Part shown: piece by piece, positions 1 to 9,931 of the stretch | How positions within the stretch are numbered: the first letter of the stretch is position 1 | Layout of the letters: the number at the start of each line of letters is the position of its first letter | Assembly (NCBI GenBank): GCA_038874135.1 | Contig: JAVZCZ010000001.1 | Coordinates: 800,001 to 864,000, forward strand | DNA: 64,000 nucleotides | Reading direction: 5' to 3' | Source: Candidatus Woesearchaeota archaeon | GTDB lineage: Archaea > Nanobdellota > Nanobdellia > Woesearchaeales > 0-14-0-80-44-23 | Notes under the pieces: generated by a model | The model's input: only the letters and a program-made list of their open reading frames with translations | The model's database searches: none | What the model was told of the DNA's origin: nothing | Translations under genes and position numbers: made by a program

Positions 1-441
1 ATTCTCAGCAACGCCCTTGTTGAGAATTACTTCTGCCCAGAAGACAATTGTAGCAGAATTCTTATTGAAAAAATAAACTCTGCAACATCAACAATCTACT
101 TTATGACATTCAGCTTCACTGAGGATTCTGTAGGAGACGCTTTGTTAAAAAAGAATTCGGCAGGAATTATAATCTCAGGAATATTTGATAGGCAGCAACT
201 TTCCAATTTTTCAGAATATGAAAGACTACTAAATGCGGGAATAGATGTTTCAGCAGACTCTAACAAATACCTTATGCATCACAAGGTTTTCATAATAGAT
301 AACTCAACAGTGATTACCGGAAGCTTTAATCCTACACAGAATGGAAATACAAAAAATGATGAGAACATCTTAATAATTCACAGTCGAGAGATAGCATCTC
401 GCTATGTTGAAGAATTTTTAAATTTGAAAGCTGATAATTAA
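1..441 (+). CDS. Phospholipase D-family (HKD) nuclease/phospholipase, 5'-partial
   Basis: Frame is open from base 1 (…YFCPEDNC…MTFSFT); HHKVFIID…TGSFN…NDEN is the HKD motif. Confidence 0.85.
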   Translation: MLSNALVENYFCPEDNCSRILIEKINSATSTIYFMTFSFTEDSVGDALLKKNSAGIIISGIFDRQQLSNFSEYERLLNAGIDVSADSNKYLMHHKVFIIDNSTVITGSFNPTQNGNTKNDENILIIHSREIASRYVEEFLNLKADN

Positions 442-451
442 AAATATTAAA

Positions 452-1948
452 CTATTTTATCACAACCATGTCGCTTCCAATGTTCTTAAGAAACTCAACT
501 GCAGACTCCAACCTTTCCCTGTTTGAAGAATATAGTGTCAGGATTGGTTCTCCGACATTTACTTGACTGTCCACATGCTTATAGAGGTATATCCCTGCCA
601 GCTTATCTTTGGGAGTTCCAGCTGCTCGGCACACCTGTGCAATGAGCTGGCTGTCAATGTGTGCTATCCTCCCGCTGTTATAGGCAGTCATCGTGTAGGA
701 GAACCTTCCAGGGGAGAGCTCCTTCTCGTCAGGAACTCTTCCCCCCTGAGCTTCAATTATCTCCGTGAATTTTCTGAGAGCCCTTCCAGATTCAAGTATC
801 TCCTTGGCAAGCTTATACCCCTGCCCTTTCTTTGCCTTTCCACCCATTTCTAACAGCTTGGCTGCCATCTTAAGAGATTTCTCTTTAAGGTCCAAAGGCA
901 TTCCCGGCTTGTTCTGAAGTATTCTTAATATATCTCTCATCTCCAACAGGGCACCTATGCCATTGCCTATTGGTTGAGAACCGTCACTCAGCATAACCTC
1001 AAATTTTATATCCAGCGCCTTTCCAATCTCTACAAACATCCTTGCAAGCTTTTTCGCTTCAAATACACTTTCAACCTTAGCACCCTTCCCTACAGGTATG
1101 TCTATCAGCACATGAGTTGCAGAGACGGACTTCTTCTTAGCTATTATACTTGCCAACATCTGCGATGGAGAATCTATCCCCAGAGGATATTCCAGCCTAA
1201 TTATCGTGTCATCTGCAGGTGCCAGAGAAACTGCACCTCCCCAGACGATACATCCTCCAGTTTTCTGAACTATGCTCTTTATCTCATCTACTCCAAAGGA
1301 AACATTTGCTATGACTTCAATAGTGTCAGCAGTGCCGGCTGGACTGGTAATTGCTCTAGAGCTTGTTTTCGGGATTAAAAGCCCCGCCTCAGCCACTATT
1401 GGAACAACAATGGGCGTTGTCCTATTGCCAGCAACACCGCCTATGCAGTGCAAGTCAAATACGGGAGGCTCAAATTTTATCGTTTCCCCACTTTCAACCA
1501 TCGCTTTAGTAAGTGCAATGGTCTCCCTAAGCGTAGTTGGCCTCATGTAGCATGCAGCTATAAAATATGATATCTCGCTTTCTGAAAGGCGATTTTCAAC
1601 GATATCTCTGACTATCTGGCTCATCTCTTGAGGTGTGAGCTCCTTGCCTTCCATCTTCTTTCTTATCAACGACACTGACAGCGGCTTTCCTTCAGGCTGA
1701 ACCTCAACAATTTCGCCGCCCTTACATTTAAGTTTGGAAGCAACCTCTTCAAAAACAGCTATCCTGCCCTTAGGCACAAGCTTTTTGTTCTTAGCTATAT
1801 CAATTATTGCTACAACATCAATCCCCTGCTTCTTTATCAGAACTCTGTCGCCGTAGTGAAGGTCCAGTTTAACCGCATCACTCTCATTCAGCACTACTAT
1901 CGGTGCATCTCCAGTTCCTATGCCTAAAAGCATTGTTCTCAATTTCAT
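452..1948 (-). CDS. deoA: AMP phosphorylase (thymidine phosphorylase family)
   Basis: 498 aa; N-terminal extension plus HCIGGVAGN, KTSSRAITSPAGTAD and GGAVSLAPADD motifs. Confidence 0.92.
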   Translation of the reverse strand: MKLRTMLLGIGTGDAPIVVLNESDAVKLDLHYGDRVLIKKQGIDVVAIIDIAKNKKLVPKGRIAVFEEVASKLKCKGGEIVEVQPEGKPLSVSLIRKKMEGKELTPQEMSQIVRDIVENRLSESEISYFIAACYMRPTTLRETIALTKAMVESGETIKFEPPVFDLHCIGGVAGNRTTPIVVPIVAEAGLLIPKTSSRAITSPAGTADTIEVIANVSFGVDEIKSIVQKTGGCIVWGGAVSLAPADDTIIRLEYPLGIDSPSQMLASIIAKKKSVSATHVLIDIPVGKGAKVESVFEAKKLARMFVEIGKALDIKFEVMLSDGSQPIGNGIGALLEMRDILRILQNKPGMPLDLKEKSLKMAAKLLEMGGKAKKGQGYKLAKEILESGRALRKFTEIIEAQGGRVPDEKELSPGRFSYTMTAYNSGRIAHIDSQLIAQVCRAAGTPKDKLAGIYLYKHVDSQVNVGEPILTLYSSNRERLESAVEFLKNIGSDMVVIK

Positions 1949-1954
1949 CTTAAT

Positions 1955-3037
1955 TCACTCCGCTTCTCCTCGCCAGTATTCATCCTTGTATATCTTTAAA
2001 AATGTTGAGAAAAGGGCAAGTACTACAGGCCCTATAAACACGCCCACAACCCCAAAAAACATTATGCCCCCAACTGTTCCAAACATAACTATCAGTGGAT
2101 GAGTTTTTATCTTGCTGCCAACTATCTTAGGCCTGAGAAGATTGTCAATCGTACTAACTATTATGGCTCCATAAGCAAATATGAATATCCCATTTTTGAG
2201 CATCGCAATATTGTCCATGCTTATTCCCTTTATGACATGGTAAGCAGATATTGGAAGCCAAATTGCTACTGCTCCCATGAATGGAATCAGAGCTGCTATT
2301 ACTGTAAAGAATCCCCAGATGAGGGCTGCCTTGACACCAAACAGGTAGAATCCGAAAGCAGCTAACGCTCCTTGTACAACTGCTATAACTATGTTTCCAT
2401 ATATTACTCCATTCAGAGTCGTAATCACCCTCTTAGCAGCTTCTTTTTTATGACTCTCTTTTATCATCAAAGTGTCCCAAATGGATTTGTATATCTCTTC
2501 CGCATCTCTTAAAAAGAAGAACATGGTAAAGAATATTATGAAAAGGTGAAATGCAACTCCAGGTATTATTTTTATGAGAGAAGCAATGTTCTGAGTAATG
2601 AACGAAGTGAAGTTGGAGATCATCTCAAGTGAGATCTTATTGAATGGCTGCGTATACATAACCTTGCTGATAAGAGAGTAGATGGTGCAGGCTATCTTTC
2701 CATCATCTTTACACCCAACACCGGTATAGCTCTGCTCTATGAACTGTTGGACCACAGCATAAGAACCTGAAAGTTCACTGAGCAGACGATTTATAAGCAG
2801 AACTGATGGGACTGCAATCAAAAGAAATGCAAGCACACTCACAACTCCAGCAGATAAGTTCTTATTGTTAATCCTTCTAAGGATAAACCTGTAAAGTGGG
2901 CTGAAGGTGTAAGAGAATAAGAAAGCCATAAAAATGTCTACAAAAAAAGGTCTTACTATCAAAAAAGAGAGCACTGCCAGACTGCACAGAATGAATATTA
3001 AAAAATACTTAGAAGTGGCTCCATCCCTCTTTTTCAT
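1955..3037 (-). CDS. AI-2E (PerM/UPF0118) family transporter
   Basis: Multi-TM protein; IDNLLRPKIVG, HPLIVMFGTVGG…GVFIGP. Confidence 0.9.
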   Translation of the reverse strand: MKKRDGATSKYFLIFILCSLAVLSFLIVRPFFVDIFMAFLFSYTFSPLYRFILRRINNKNLSAGVVSVLAFLLIAVPSVLLINRLLSELSGSYAVVQQFIEQSYTGVGCKDDGKIACTIYSLISKVMYTQPFNKISLEMISNFTSFITQNIASLIKIIPGVAFHLFIIFFTMFFFLRDAEEIYKSIWDTLMIKESHKKEAAKRVITTLNGVIYGNIVIAVVQGALAAFGFYLFGVKAALIWGFFTVIAALIPFMGAVAIWLPISAYHVIKGISMDNIAMLKNGIFIFAYGAIIVSTIDNLLRPKIVGSKIKTHPLIVMFGTVGGIMFFGVVGVFIGPVVLALFSTFLKIYKDEYWRGEAE

Positions 3038-3065
3038 CCTCGCATTCCCTTTCCTAGTTGAAAAA

Positions 3066-3138
3066 TGGGCCCGCCCGGATTCGAACCGGGGACCTTCTGC
3101 ACGTCAAGCAGACGTCATAGCCTCTAGACTACGAGCCC
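3066..3138 (-). tRNA. tRNA-Val(GAC)
   Basis: Cloverleaf on - strand; anticodon arm TCTGC-TTGACGT-GCAGA; T-loop TTCGAAT. Confidence 0.97.
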
Positions 3139-3225
3139 TCTTTCTAAAACAAACATTCCATCCTTATTTAAATATTTCGCCAAATATCAAAATGTTTAAA
3201 AATAACTGAATATGCTCTCCATCCT

Positions 3226-3311
3226 GCGGGGGTATCAAAGGCTGGTCAAATGAGCGGGACTTAAGATCCCGTCCCCTAGCGGGTTCGGGGGTTCAAATCC
3301 CTCCCCCCGCA
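3226..3311 (+). tRNA. tRNA-Leu(TAA)
   Basis: Acceptor GCGGGGG/CCCCCGC; anticodon arm CGGGA-CTTAAGA-TCCCG; long variable arm. Confidence 0.96.
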
Positions 3312-3356
3312 TTTAACCGATTGTTTTAAAAACAAAGCCAGATTCCAGGAGTTTGC

Positions 3357-3463
3357 GCCTCTGTAGCTCAGTGGTAGAGCGCCACCTTGGTATATTCCGC
3401 AGTCAACCCAGGCTTGGAATTGCAGAAAGGTGGAGGTCGCGAGTTCAATCCTCGCCAGAGGCT
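3357..3463 (+). tRNA. tRNA-Thr(GGT) with 35-nt intron (3393-3427) at canonical 37/38
   Basis: Acceptor GCCTCTG/CAGAGGC; CCACC-TTGGTA[intron]A-GGTGG; intron stem ATTCC/GGAAT; relaxed BHB. Confidence 0.92.
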
Positions 3464-3969
3464 TACTTTACAAATCGGTACATGTTCAGAAAGCTCTTGA
3501 TTGTTGCTTCTATGTCTGCAGTGTCGGAGCTTACTATGTTCTCAAAGTGTTGAGTGTAGTTTTTATAGAAAAACTTGTCGTAAACCGTTCTCATAAAGAA
3601 ATAGAAAGGCGTCTGCTCCCACCTGCCTTCATAATCAGTTTCAAGATAGGAATCAACTTTTACTTCCATTTCACCCTGATTGAGTAAAGCCTTATGCCCG
3701 TCTATCTCAACTTCTACATCCTTAAGGTCTCGTATAATGATTTGAAGCCTTATTACAGATTTGGCATAATCACTCATCTTCTTGAAAGGCATCATGTCTA
3801 TATCTATAAACTTGCCAGACTGTTTAACATGCTCTTCATTCTTTATCTCCCGCCTGTCATACCCTTTCTCTTTTAGCCATTCGTTTATTATCCTGTAAAG
3901 CTCGTTAAAGCTGAAGAGTCCAGAATACTTTATCACACGCCCCTGCACTACAGGCATCTGCTCTGACAT
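3463..3969 (-). CDS. Hypothetical protein, paralog of 3979-4491
   Basis: KYSGLFSFNELY…WLKEKGYD; ATG at 3969 follows an AGGTGA RBS. Confidence 0.8.
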   Translation of the reverse strand: MSEQMPVVQGRVIKYSGLFSFNELYRIINEWLKEKGYDRREIKNEEHVKQSGKFIDIDMMPFKKMSDYAKSVIRLQIIIRDLKDVEVEIDGHKALLNQGEMEVKVDSYLETDYEGRWEQTPFYFFMRTVYDKFFYKNYTQHFENIVSSDTADIEATIKSFLNMYRFVK

Positions 3970-3978
3970 TCTTATCAC

Positions 3979-4491
3979 CTACACCATGCTTCCAGTTCCT
4001 TCCATTCCGAGGTATGCCTTAACATCTTCATAAAATCTTAACACATAATAATAAAGAGGGTCTACATGCTTAAAATCCAAATCCTGTCTCAAAACATACT
4101 TGTCAAAGAACTCCTGCATTTTAATTAAGAATTTGCTTTCATCCCACAAAGTTTTTCCATACTCATCAGGATAATCAGTCTGAACCTTTCCTGAAAAAGT
4201 TATTATCACGCGGGCATCCTGCATCTTCTTCTTTTCCCCATCTTTTATAACCTCAACATCCCTTACGCCGTAAAAGTGAAATTCCACGCTTATAACATAC
4301 TTGACATATCCTGTGATTTTTTTTTCAGCCTCCCAGCTCAGCTCAATCTCAGGAGGCTTGTGCTTATACTTCCTTTCATAAAAATCAAAACCCTCATTTA
4401 TAAGCCAGTTAGACATGAACTTGTAAAGCCCATTTATGTCAAAGATGCCCTTATATTTCAGAACAGTGTTGGGAAGCTTTATCTCTCTCAT
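3979..4491 (-). CDS. Hypothetical protein, paralog of 3463-3969
   Basis: KYKGIFDINGLY…WLINEGFD; aligns by eye with the downstream ORF. Confidence 0.8.
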   Translation of the reverse strand: MREIKLPNTVLKYKGIFDINGLYKFMSNWLINEGFDFYERKYKHKPPEIELSWEAEKKITGYVKYVISVEFHFYGVRDVEVIKDGEKKKMQDARVIITFSGKVQTDYPDEYGKTLWDESKFLIKMQEFFDKYVLRQDLDFKHVDPLYYYVLRFYEDVKAYLGMEGTGSMV

Positions 4492-4559
4492 CAAAACCCT
4501 TTAAAGAAAAGTTTGTTTATAAAAGTTTCCCTATTATTCCAGCAGTGCGCTTCGCATTT

Positions 4560-5102
4560 TTAGAGTTTACTTCTGCACTCAACGCAAACCAGCATGTCTT
4601 TTACTCTGTATAACTTCTTGGCAGGATTTCCGCAGAGCTCGCAAACTGAATTGCTAATTGTCCTTACAGGCTTATGTTCCTCTTCCCTTATCTCAAACTT
4701 TTCTACTATTAGATCAAAAAGCTCCGGCTGTATCTTTAAGATGTCCTTAATTGTCAGCAGCCCGATTATGTTCTGTCCGTCCACTATTGGAAGGTGCCTT
4801 ATGTTGTTGTCCCTCATCTTTATCAGAGCATTGTATATGTCGGCTTCAGGCCCTATTGTTATTAGCTTCTTGACCATCAGCTTCTTCACAGGAACTTTTG
4901 AGCAGTCAATGTTTTGAGCAACTGCCTTTCTGACAATGTCCTGCTCGGTTATTATGCCTCTAAGCTTCTTGCCCTCAGTTATTAGTAATCCCCCAACATG
5001 CTTCTGCTTCATTATCCTAGCACAATCGCAGATGCTGGTTTCAGGACTAACCGTTATGGGCTCCCTAGTCATTGCGTCGCATACCTTATACCCAGTTTTC
5101 AT
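4560..5102 (-). CDS. CBS-pair protein with C-terminal Zn ribbon
   Basis: Two CBS repeats (GIITEQDI, GLLTIKDI); CELC…CVEC. Confidence 0.9.
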   Translation of the reverse strand: MKTGYKVCDAMTREPITVSPETSICDCARIMKQKHVGGLLITEGKKLRGIITEQDIVRKAVAQNIDCSKVPVKKLMVKKLITIGPEADIYNALIKMRDNNIRHLPIVDGQNIIGLLTIKDILKIQPELFDLIVEKFEIREEEHKPVRTISNSVCELCGNPAKKLYRVKDMLVCVECRSKL

Positions 5103-5169
5103 TCTGAGATGAAGTAACCCTCAGATGCTTATAAAGATTATTATAAAATAAAACAACAATAAAAAAGGT

Positions 5170-7038
5170 CTATGCGTTTATTAGAATTTCCATTTTTGGA
5201 CCGAATATTTTTTTTAGAGACTCAAAGCTTTTCTCCTTTATGAACACCACAGGCGCTTTTTCCAGCTTTGCAAGTTCAGAGTCCATCTCTTCAAAGCTGC
5301 TTTCTCTCAACTCAGATATCTCGCCATCCTCATTCACATTTGCCATTTGAACCTTCTTCCCCTCCTGCTCTGTCTTTATTATGAAGGCGGCCTTTTCCAG
5401 CATTATTACTTCTGCATATTTATTTTCATCATACTTTATCTTGATCTTTACTCGTTCAATCTGCTGTACATGGTACCTCTGCAGATATTCTATAACATAC
5501 TTTATAAATTCGGAGAAGGAATTCTTGAGCCTTTGAAGCTCCGCCTTGTCCAGTTTTCGTTCTTCGTAATCTTTTTTTCCCTTGATTATCTCTCTAAGTA
5601 GCCTGCTGAACTTTTCAGGCATCTTTCCAGTGTTAACAAGATGCTTTTCAAACAGTTCGGCAATTTCTTCTTCTGAAGCTTGAGTTATGCCTTCTGTTTT
5701 TAGAATGTCTCTTACAGCGGTTATAGTGCTTTCATATATGCTCCTCATGCTTTCCTCTTCTTTCATCTTGTTTATCTGGCTAAATAGGCGTTGTATCCTC
5801 TTTAGATATGCCTTTGCGTCTGTGAGAAGCTGGTCTATCTCTTTTCCAGTCAGCTCCTTCTTTTCCCCATGCTCAATGTCTTTTCTTACTTTTATATTTC
5901 TCTCTAATATGTCAACATATTTTTCTTCTAGAAGTCCTTCTTTCTTTACAAAGATTTCTCGCATCATCTCAGCAGTTTCTCTAGGAGCTGGCGGTGGCAC
6001 GCCGTACAGCATTAGAGCTGCCTGTGATGGGGTAAGAATTGCATAGTATATGTCTTCCATTCCTATATCTTTCAGTTTCGTCTCAACATGGTTGAGCATC
6101 TGTTCTCCCGTGCTCATAAACATGTCTATTGCTTCCTGAGAGGGCTTTATCCTACCCATCTTTAAAAGCTGCTTCCAAGGCATAAATATTCCTCTATCGT
6201 ATAATGGCACTCCGTCCCTCAACAGGGTGAATATTATTGGATTCGCTTCTCTGAGAGAGTCCCAGAAGTCAGTAAGTATGTACACTTGTATGTTTAGCTT
6301 ATTTTTTATTCCTGTAATCTCTCCGGCTTCTATTCCCATGCTTATTATTATTGCCCTCAGCTTGTCTTTGAGCTCAGCTCTAGTCATTCTCTTAACATCA
6401 GTGTCGTCAATAACAACCCACACGTCAATATCTGAATTCTTAGTTGCCTTCCCCTTAACAAGAGATCCTGCTAATACGTAACTCACTATGTACTTCTCAA
6501 ATTTCTTAATTACCATTGACTTGTGAATTTCTCCAATCTTTATTGCAGAGAGCATTCCATTGTCATAAACTGGCGCCGCCATTGCTATTGTTTGTAAAAG
6601 CTCATATTTACCGTCGTAGCAGGACTGCCACAGCTCTGAAAGTAGCACAGTTTTGGGCACCAGCTTTTCATCTACTTCTCTTGCCATCTGCTCAACTATT
6701 GATGCCAGCTTTAGAGAAAGCTCGTCTTTGCTCATCTTCTTTGAATCAGAATCATCAACTAGGATTAGTAAAGGAAGCTGCTGTTTTCCATCTTTTTTCT
6801 CATCTTCCTTATTTTCAGGCGGGAGCAGTGCTATCCCAACCACATAGTTTGAGAACTTTTCTAAAAGTCTCTTCTTAAACTCGTCAATCTTTCCCTTTAA
6901 TTCCAGAATGTTCTTCTTAGTCTCTTCCGGAAGCTGCGTAATGAGTTTGTCAGTATCATTACTTTCAGCCTGCTGATTAATTCCCATTTTTTGAGAATTA
7001 TCATTTTTTTCTTCTGCCTTTTTCCTTGCCATAAACAT
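5170..7038 (-). CDS. Pol-beta-type nucleotidyltransferase fused to a HEPN-like domain
   Basis: GSLVKGKATKNSDID (GSX10DXD); helical region with RKDIEH (RX4H); degenerate NTase-like N-terminal repeat. Confidence 0.8.
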   Translation of the reverse strand: MFMARKKAEEKNDNSQKMGINQQAESNDTDKLITQLPEETKKNILELKGKIDEFKKRLLEKFSNYVVGIALLPPENKEDEKKDGKQQLPLLILVDDSDSKKMSKDELSLKLASIVEQMAREVDEKLVPKTVLLSELWQSCYDGKYELLQTIAMAAPVYDNGMLSAIKIGEIHKSMVIKKFEKYIVSYVLAGSLVKGKATKNSDIDVWVVIDDTDVKRMTRAELKDKLRAIIISMGIEAGEITGIKNKLNIQVYILTDFWDSLREANPIIFTLLRDGVPLYDRGIFMPWKQLLKMGRIKPSQEAIDMFMSTGEQMLNHVETKLKDIGMEDIYYAILTPSQAALMLYGVPPPAPRETAEMMREIFVKKEGLLEEKYVDILERNIKVRKDIEHGEKKELTGKEIDQLLTDAKAYLKRIQRLFSQINKMKEEESMRSIYESTITAVRDILKTEGITQASEEEIAELFEKHLVNTGKMPEKFSRLLREIIKGKKDYEERKLDKAELQRLKNSFSEFIKYVIEYLQRYHVQQIERVKIKIKYDENKYAEVIMLEKAAFIIKTEQEGKKVQMANVNEDGEISELRESSFEEMDSELAKLEKAPVVFIKEKSFESLKKIFGPKMEILINA

Positions 7039-7145
7039 CTCCTCTATTTTTTCTTACTTTACCACTTACTTTACCGGCATATATAAAGGTTTCCAAACAA
7101 AGTTTTAAATAATCATCTGTCTTCTAACCCTACAGGTGGTTTAAT

Positions 7146-7760
7146 ATGGGAGTTGACTATGCTAAGATTGAGCAGAGGATACTTGACGAGGCACTTCCGG
7201 GAGCCGAAACCTTGGAGTCCTTGATATATGGAGCTTACTATAAAATTCTGGATTCTGATGAGCTGCACTATAAAGAGCACGCATTTGAAGATGTTCATAA
7301 GGATAAACTTGTAAATGAGATTATCAGTAGATTGAAGCAGTTCTTTTTGGCGAAAAACGAGGACTACAAGCAAATGGACAAGGAGCTGTTTGATAAGAAT
7401 TTTAACGATTATATAATGAAAAGCGTTTTCGGTATAACTCCTTCTGAGCTAAGAGAACAGTTCATGGATTTAAAAAGGATAACTCATCAACACATAAGCC
7501 AAATCGCATCCTCAATCTCTAGAAACTATTATTCTTATACAGTGCATTCTGCCTTTTCCGACATTAAAAGTTTAAGTGACATCAAGGGCGCTTTTGACTA
7601 CCTCAAAAACAGCTACAAGTCTTTAGGTATTAATCCTCCAGATTTTGAAAAGAAGATTGCCGAGTCACCTAATAAACTGCCCATGGATATTGTAAAGCAG
7701 CACTACTTAGAGGTTGCAAGCCAGAAGTATGAAAATAAGCTGAAACAGAAGTATTCTTAA
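7146..7760 (+). CDS. Hypothetical protein
   Basis: 204-aa ORF with AGGTGG RBS, divergent from the NTase gene. Confidence 0.75.
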   Translation: MGVDYAKIEQRILDEALPGAETLESLIYGAYYKILDSDELHYKEHAFEDVHKDKLVNEIISRLKQFFLAKNEDYKQMDKELFDKNFNDYIMKSVFGITPSELREQFMDLKRITHQHISQIASSISRNYYSYTVHSAFSDIKSLSDIKGAFDYLKNSYKSLGINPPDFEKKIAESPNKLPMDIVKQHYLEVASQKYENKLKQKYS

Positions 7761-7787
7761 CTTTTAACTTTTGCAGCTAAAATTTTT

Positions 7788-8456
7788 TTATCTTAACTTT
7801 TTTGAAAGCCCGCTGGCTATAAAGCCGAATGGAGCCATGAGCCAGCTTCCTCCTGCAAGTGTTTTCTTTAAACGGATTGCTTTTTCCAATGAAAGGGATT
7901 CTGAAAATGTAGTGTAGCCCGATCCAACTTCAAAAGGGAAGTGCGCATCAGAGCCACCTGTTCTTGCAATTTTGTACTTCTGAGCTGCAACTTCTGCATT
8001 CCTGTTTGCTCCAGGCACTATGTTTCTCGCGTTAAATGTTTCAATTGCATCCACAACTTTAGCTGCCCTTTTGAGATCTCCGCTGAAATTCTTCCTGAAC
8101 CGCGTAAAGGGGTGCGCTATTGAGCAGAGAGCCCCCTGCCGTCTTATCTCATCTATAACATCTTCAAACCTGCCCGGGCGTATCCTCTCATTAAGATAAT
8201 ACGCAAGTATCTCCCCCTTATCAGTAAGGATTTCCTCTCCAATCACAACTTCAAAAGTTTTGTTAGAAAATAGCTTCTTTGCAAGCTTCTTGGCTTCTAA
8301 AGCACCTCTAATCTCGTTGTGGTCTGTTATTGCAATACCATCTAGCCCTCTAATCTTCGCGAACCTCAAAGTGTCTTTAATGCTCTGAAAACTGCATTTG
8401 GAGTAAATCGTGTGGCAGTGAAGATCATACCTAAGCTTTTTCTCATCCGAGTCCAT
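7788..8456 (-). CDS. PHP-domain metal-dependent phosphoesterase
   Basis: DLHCHT, ITDHN, AHPF and GGSDAH motifs. Confidence 0.92.
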   Translation of the reverse strand: MDSDEKKLRYDLHCHTIYSKCSFQSIKDTLRFAKIRGLDGIAITDHNEIRGALEAKKLAKKLFSNKTFEVVIGEEILTDKGEILAYYLNERIRPGRFEDVIDEIRRQGALCSIAHPFTRFRKNFSGDLKRAAKVVDAIETFNARNIVPGANRNAEVAAQKYKIARTGGSDAHFPFEVGSGYTTFSESLSLEKAIRLKKTLAGGSWLMAPFGFIASGLSKKLR

Positions 8457-8540
8457 GCTCGCAGTTTTTCTCAGGTTAAATATAAAACTTGTGCTTCCGC
8501 AAAATTTTTATAACCTTATCAGATAATCAAAAACCTGTGT

Positions 8541-8612
8541 GCGGCCGTGGTCTAGCGGCTATGATTCGAGCTTCCCAAGCTTGCGACCCGGGTTCGAATC
8601 CCGGCGGCCGCA
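8541..8612 (+). tRNA. tRNA-Gly(CCC)
   Basis: Acceptor GCGGCCG/CGGCCGC; anticodon arm CGAGC-TTCCCAA-GCTTG. Confidence 0.97.
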
Positions 8613-8683
8613 TTTTTCACTTCTTAATAGAGAAAAAATTTAAATATTGCACTGTCTAAAGAGTTTTTGTAGGGGGTGTTTTT

Positions 8684-9931
8684 ATGAAAGCTTGGAAGAA
8701 GTTTTTAGTCGGCGCTGTTGTTGGTGGGGCTCTGCTCGTATCAGCTTTAGTGCCAAGCTGTCAGAAGCAGCATTCAAACTTTTACATCCTTGATGAGTGG
8801 GCGGTTATGGAAGGATGCACTTCAAGTTCAAATTTTTCAGCAAAGGGCGTTCCTAAGCTGGAGATGATTGTTAAGCAGCCGGTTGTCTACATAAGGTCTG
8901 AATCTGAGATGGATGATTTGGATTTAAGGTTTGAGCTTCCCACTATTTCAAGTAGGAATTCCGTATTAGTATACCCTCAAGCTTCAGTTTCTGAAAGCGC
9001 TGTTGAGTGGAACAATGTTAAAGTGTTCAGCTCTATTAACAAGGTTGTAAATCCTGCGAAATCAGGAAACTCAGACCTGGACGCTCTGCTAGATGTACTT
9101 GGAGAGACCGATTCAAACATATTAAGTGTCGGTTCAACAAGGTCAAAATTCTTATTTTATGAGGCGGAGCTTAAATTTTCAAATCCGGTCAGAATCTCTT
9201 ATGATAATGAAGAGGTGCGAATAAGAAACATTGCAGATTACACATTAGAAAATTTGGTTTTTTCTGCAGAGTTTCCGACAGGGGAAAGTCCAATCTTCGG
9301 CAGGAACTACTTTGCAACTGCAGCCAAGCTTAATCCTGGAGAGGAGCTTGTGCTTAAACTTTCAGAGAATGCTCCTGAATATTCAATATTTAAGGATGAC
9401 CTAATTAGATTGGGCTTTTCTGAGCGGGAGGCTGATGCATTCGTAAATACTTGGGCTTCAAAGCTTTTAAACCCAGGAATTCAAGGGCGATCTGCACAGC
9501 TGACCTTTAGGATTCCTGAAAAAGAATATGACAAAATAATCCCGTTAAAGGCAAATCCCGTTCCGAAAGATACAAACAGAGCAATGTATGTTCTGTTAGA
9601 TGCTGGCTCATGCCTTAAACCAAGTTCAGAATTATATGAGAAATATGCACAAATACTTCCGGCAGAAGCTCTGGCGCTTCTTAGAAATCCAGATTCCAAG
9701 TGGCAGCTGACTGCAGATCCTGATTATAAGAAGTCAGAGGTAACATGCGAGGCGTGCGGCTGGATATGCTACTCAACACCAGTCCCATTTGAGTATGTTA
9801 TCTCAGGAGATAGAGGAGATCAGCTTGAGATTAGAATTAGAAATGTGCAGTGCTTCGGCAGGGTGCCAATCTTCTATTATAATAGCAAGGAATTTAGGCC
9901 TTCCCTCTCTCTTGAAGATGTGGACAAGTAA
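8684..9931 (+). CDS. Secreted or lipid-anchored hypothetical protein
   Basis: Signal peptide ending LVPSC; KQPVVYI…GFSEREADAFVNTW…PLKANPVP resembles the uncharacterised 'KPVIYLY' family. Confidence 0.75.
   Translation: MKAWKKFLVGAVVGGALLVSALVPSCQKQHSNFYILDEWAVMEGCTSSSNFSAKGVPKLEMIVKQPVVYIRSESEMDDLDLRFELPTISSRNSVLVYPQASVSESAVEWNNVKVFSSINKVVNPAKSGNSDLDALLDVLGETDSNILSVGSTRSKFLFYEAELKFSNPVRISYDNEEVRIRNIADYTLENLVFSAEFPTGESPIFGRNYFATAAKLNPGEELVLKLSENAPEYSIFKDDLIRLGFSEREADAFVNTWASKLLNPGIQGRSAQLTFRIPEKEYDKIIPLKANPVPKDTNRAMYVLLDAGSCLKPSSELYEKYAQILPAEALALLRNPDSKWQLTADPDYKKSEVTCEACGWICYSTPVPFEYVISGDRGDQLEIRIRNVQCFGRVPIFYYNSKEFRPSLSLEDVDK

Noticed and set aside
2934-3687. ORFs 2934-3209, 3353-3553 and 3430-3687
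   Set aside because: They overlap tRNA-Val, tRNA-Thr or the convergent gene; not coding.
8541-9931. tRNA-integrated island at tRNA-Gly or tRNA-Ser
   Set aside because: No duplicated tRNA 3' end and no integrase found.
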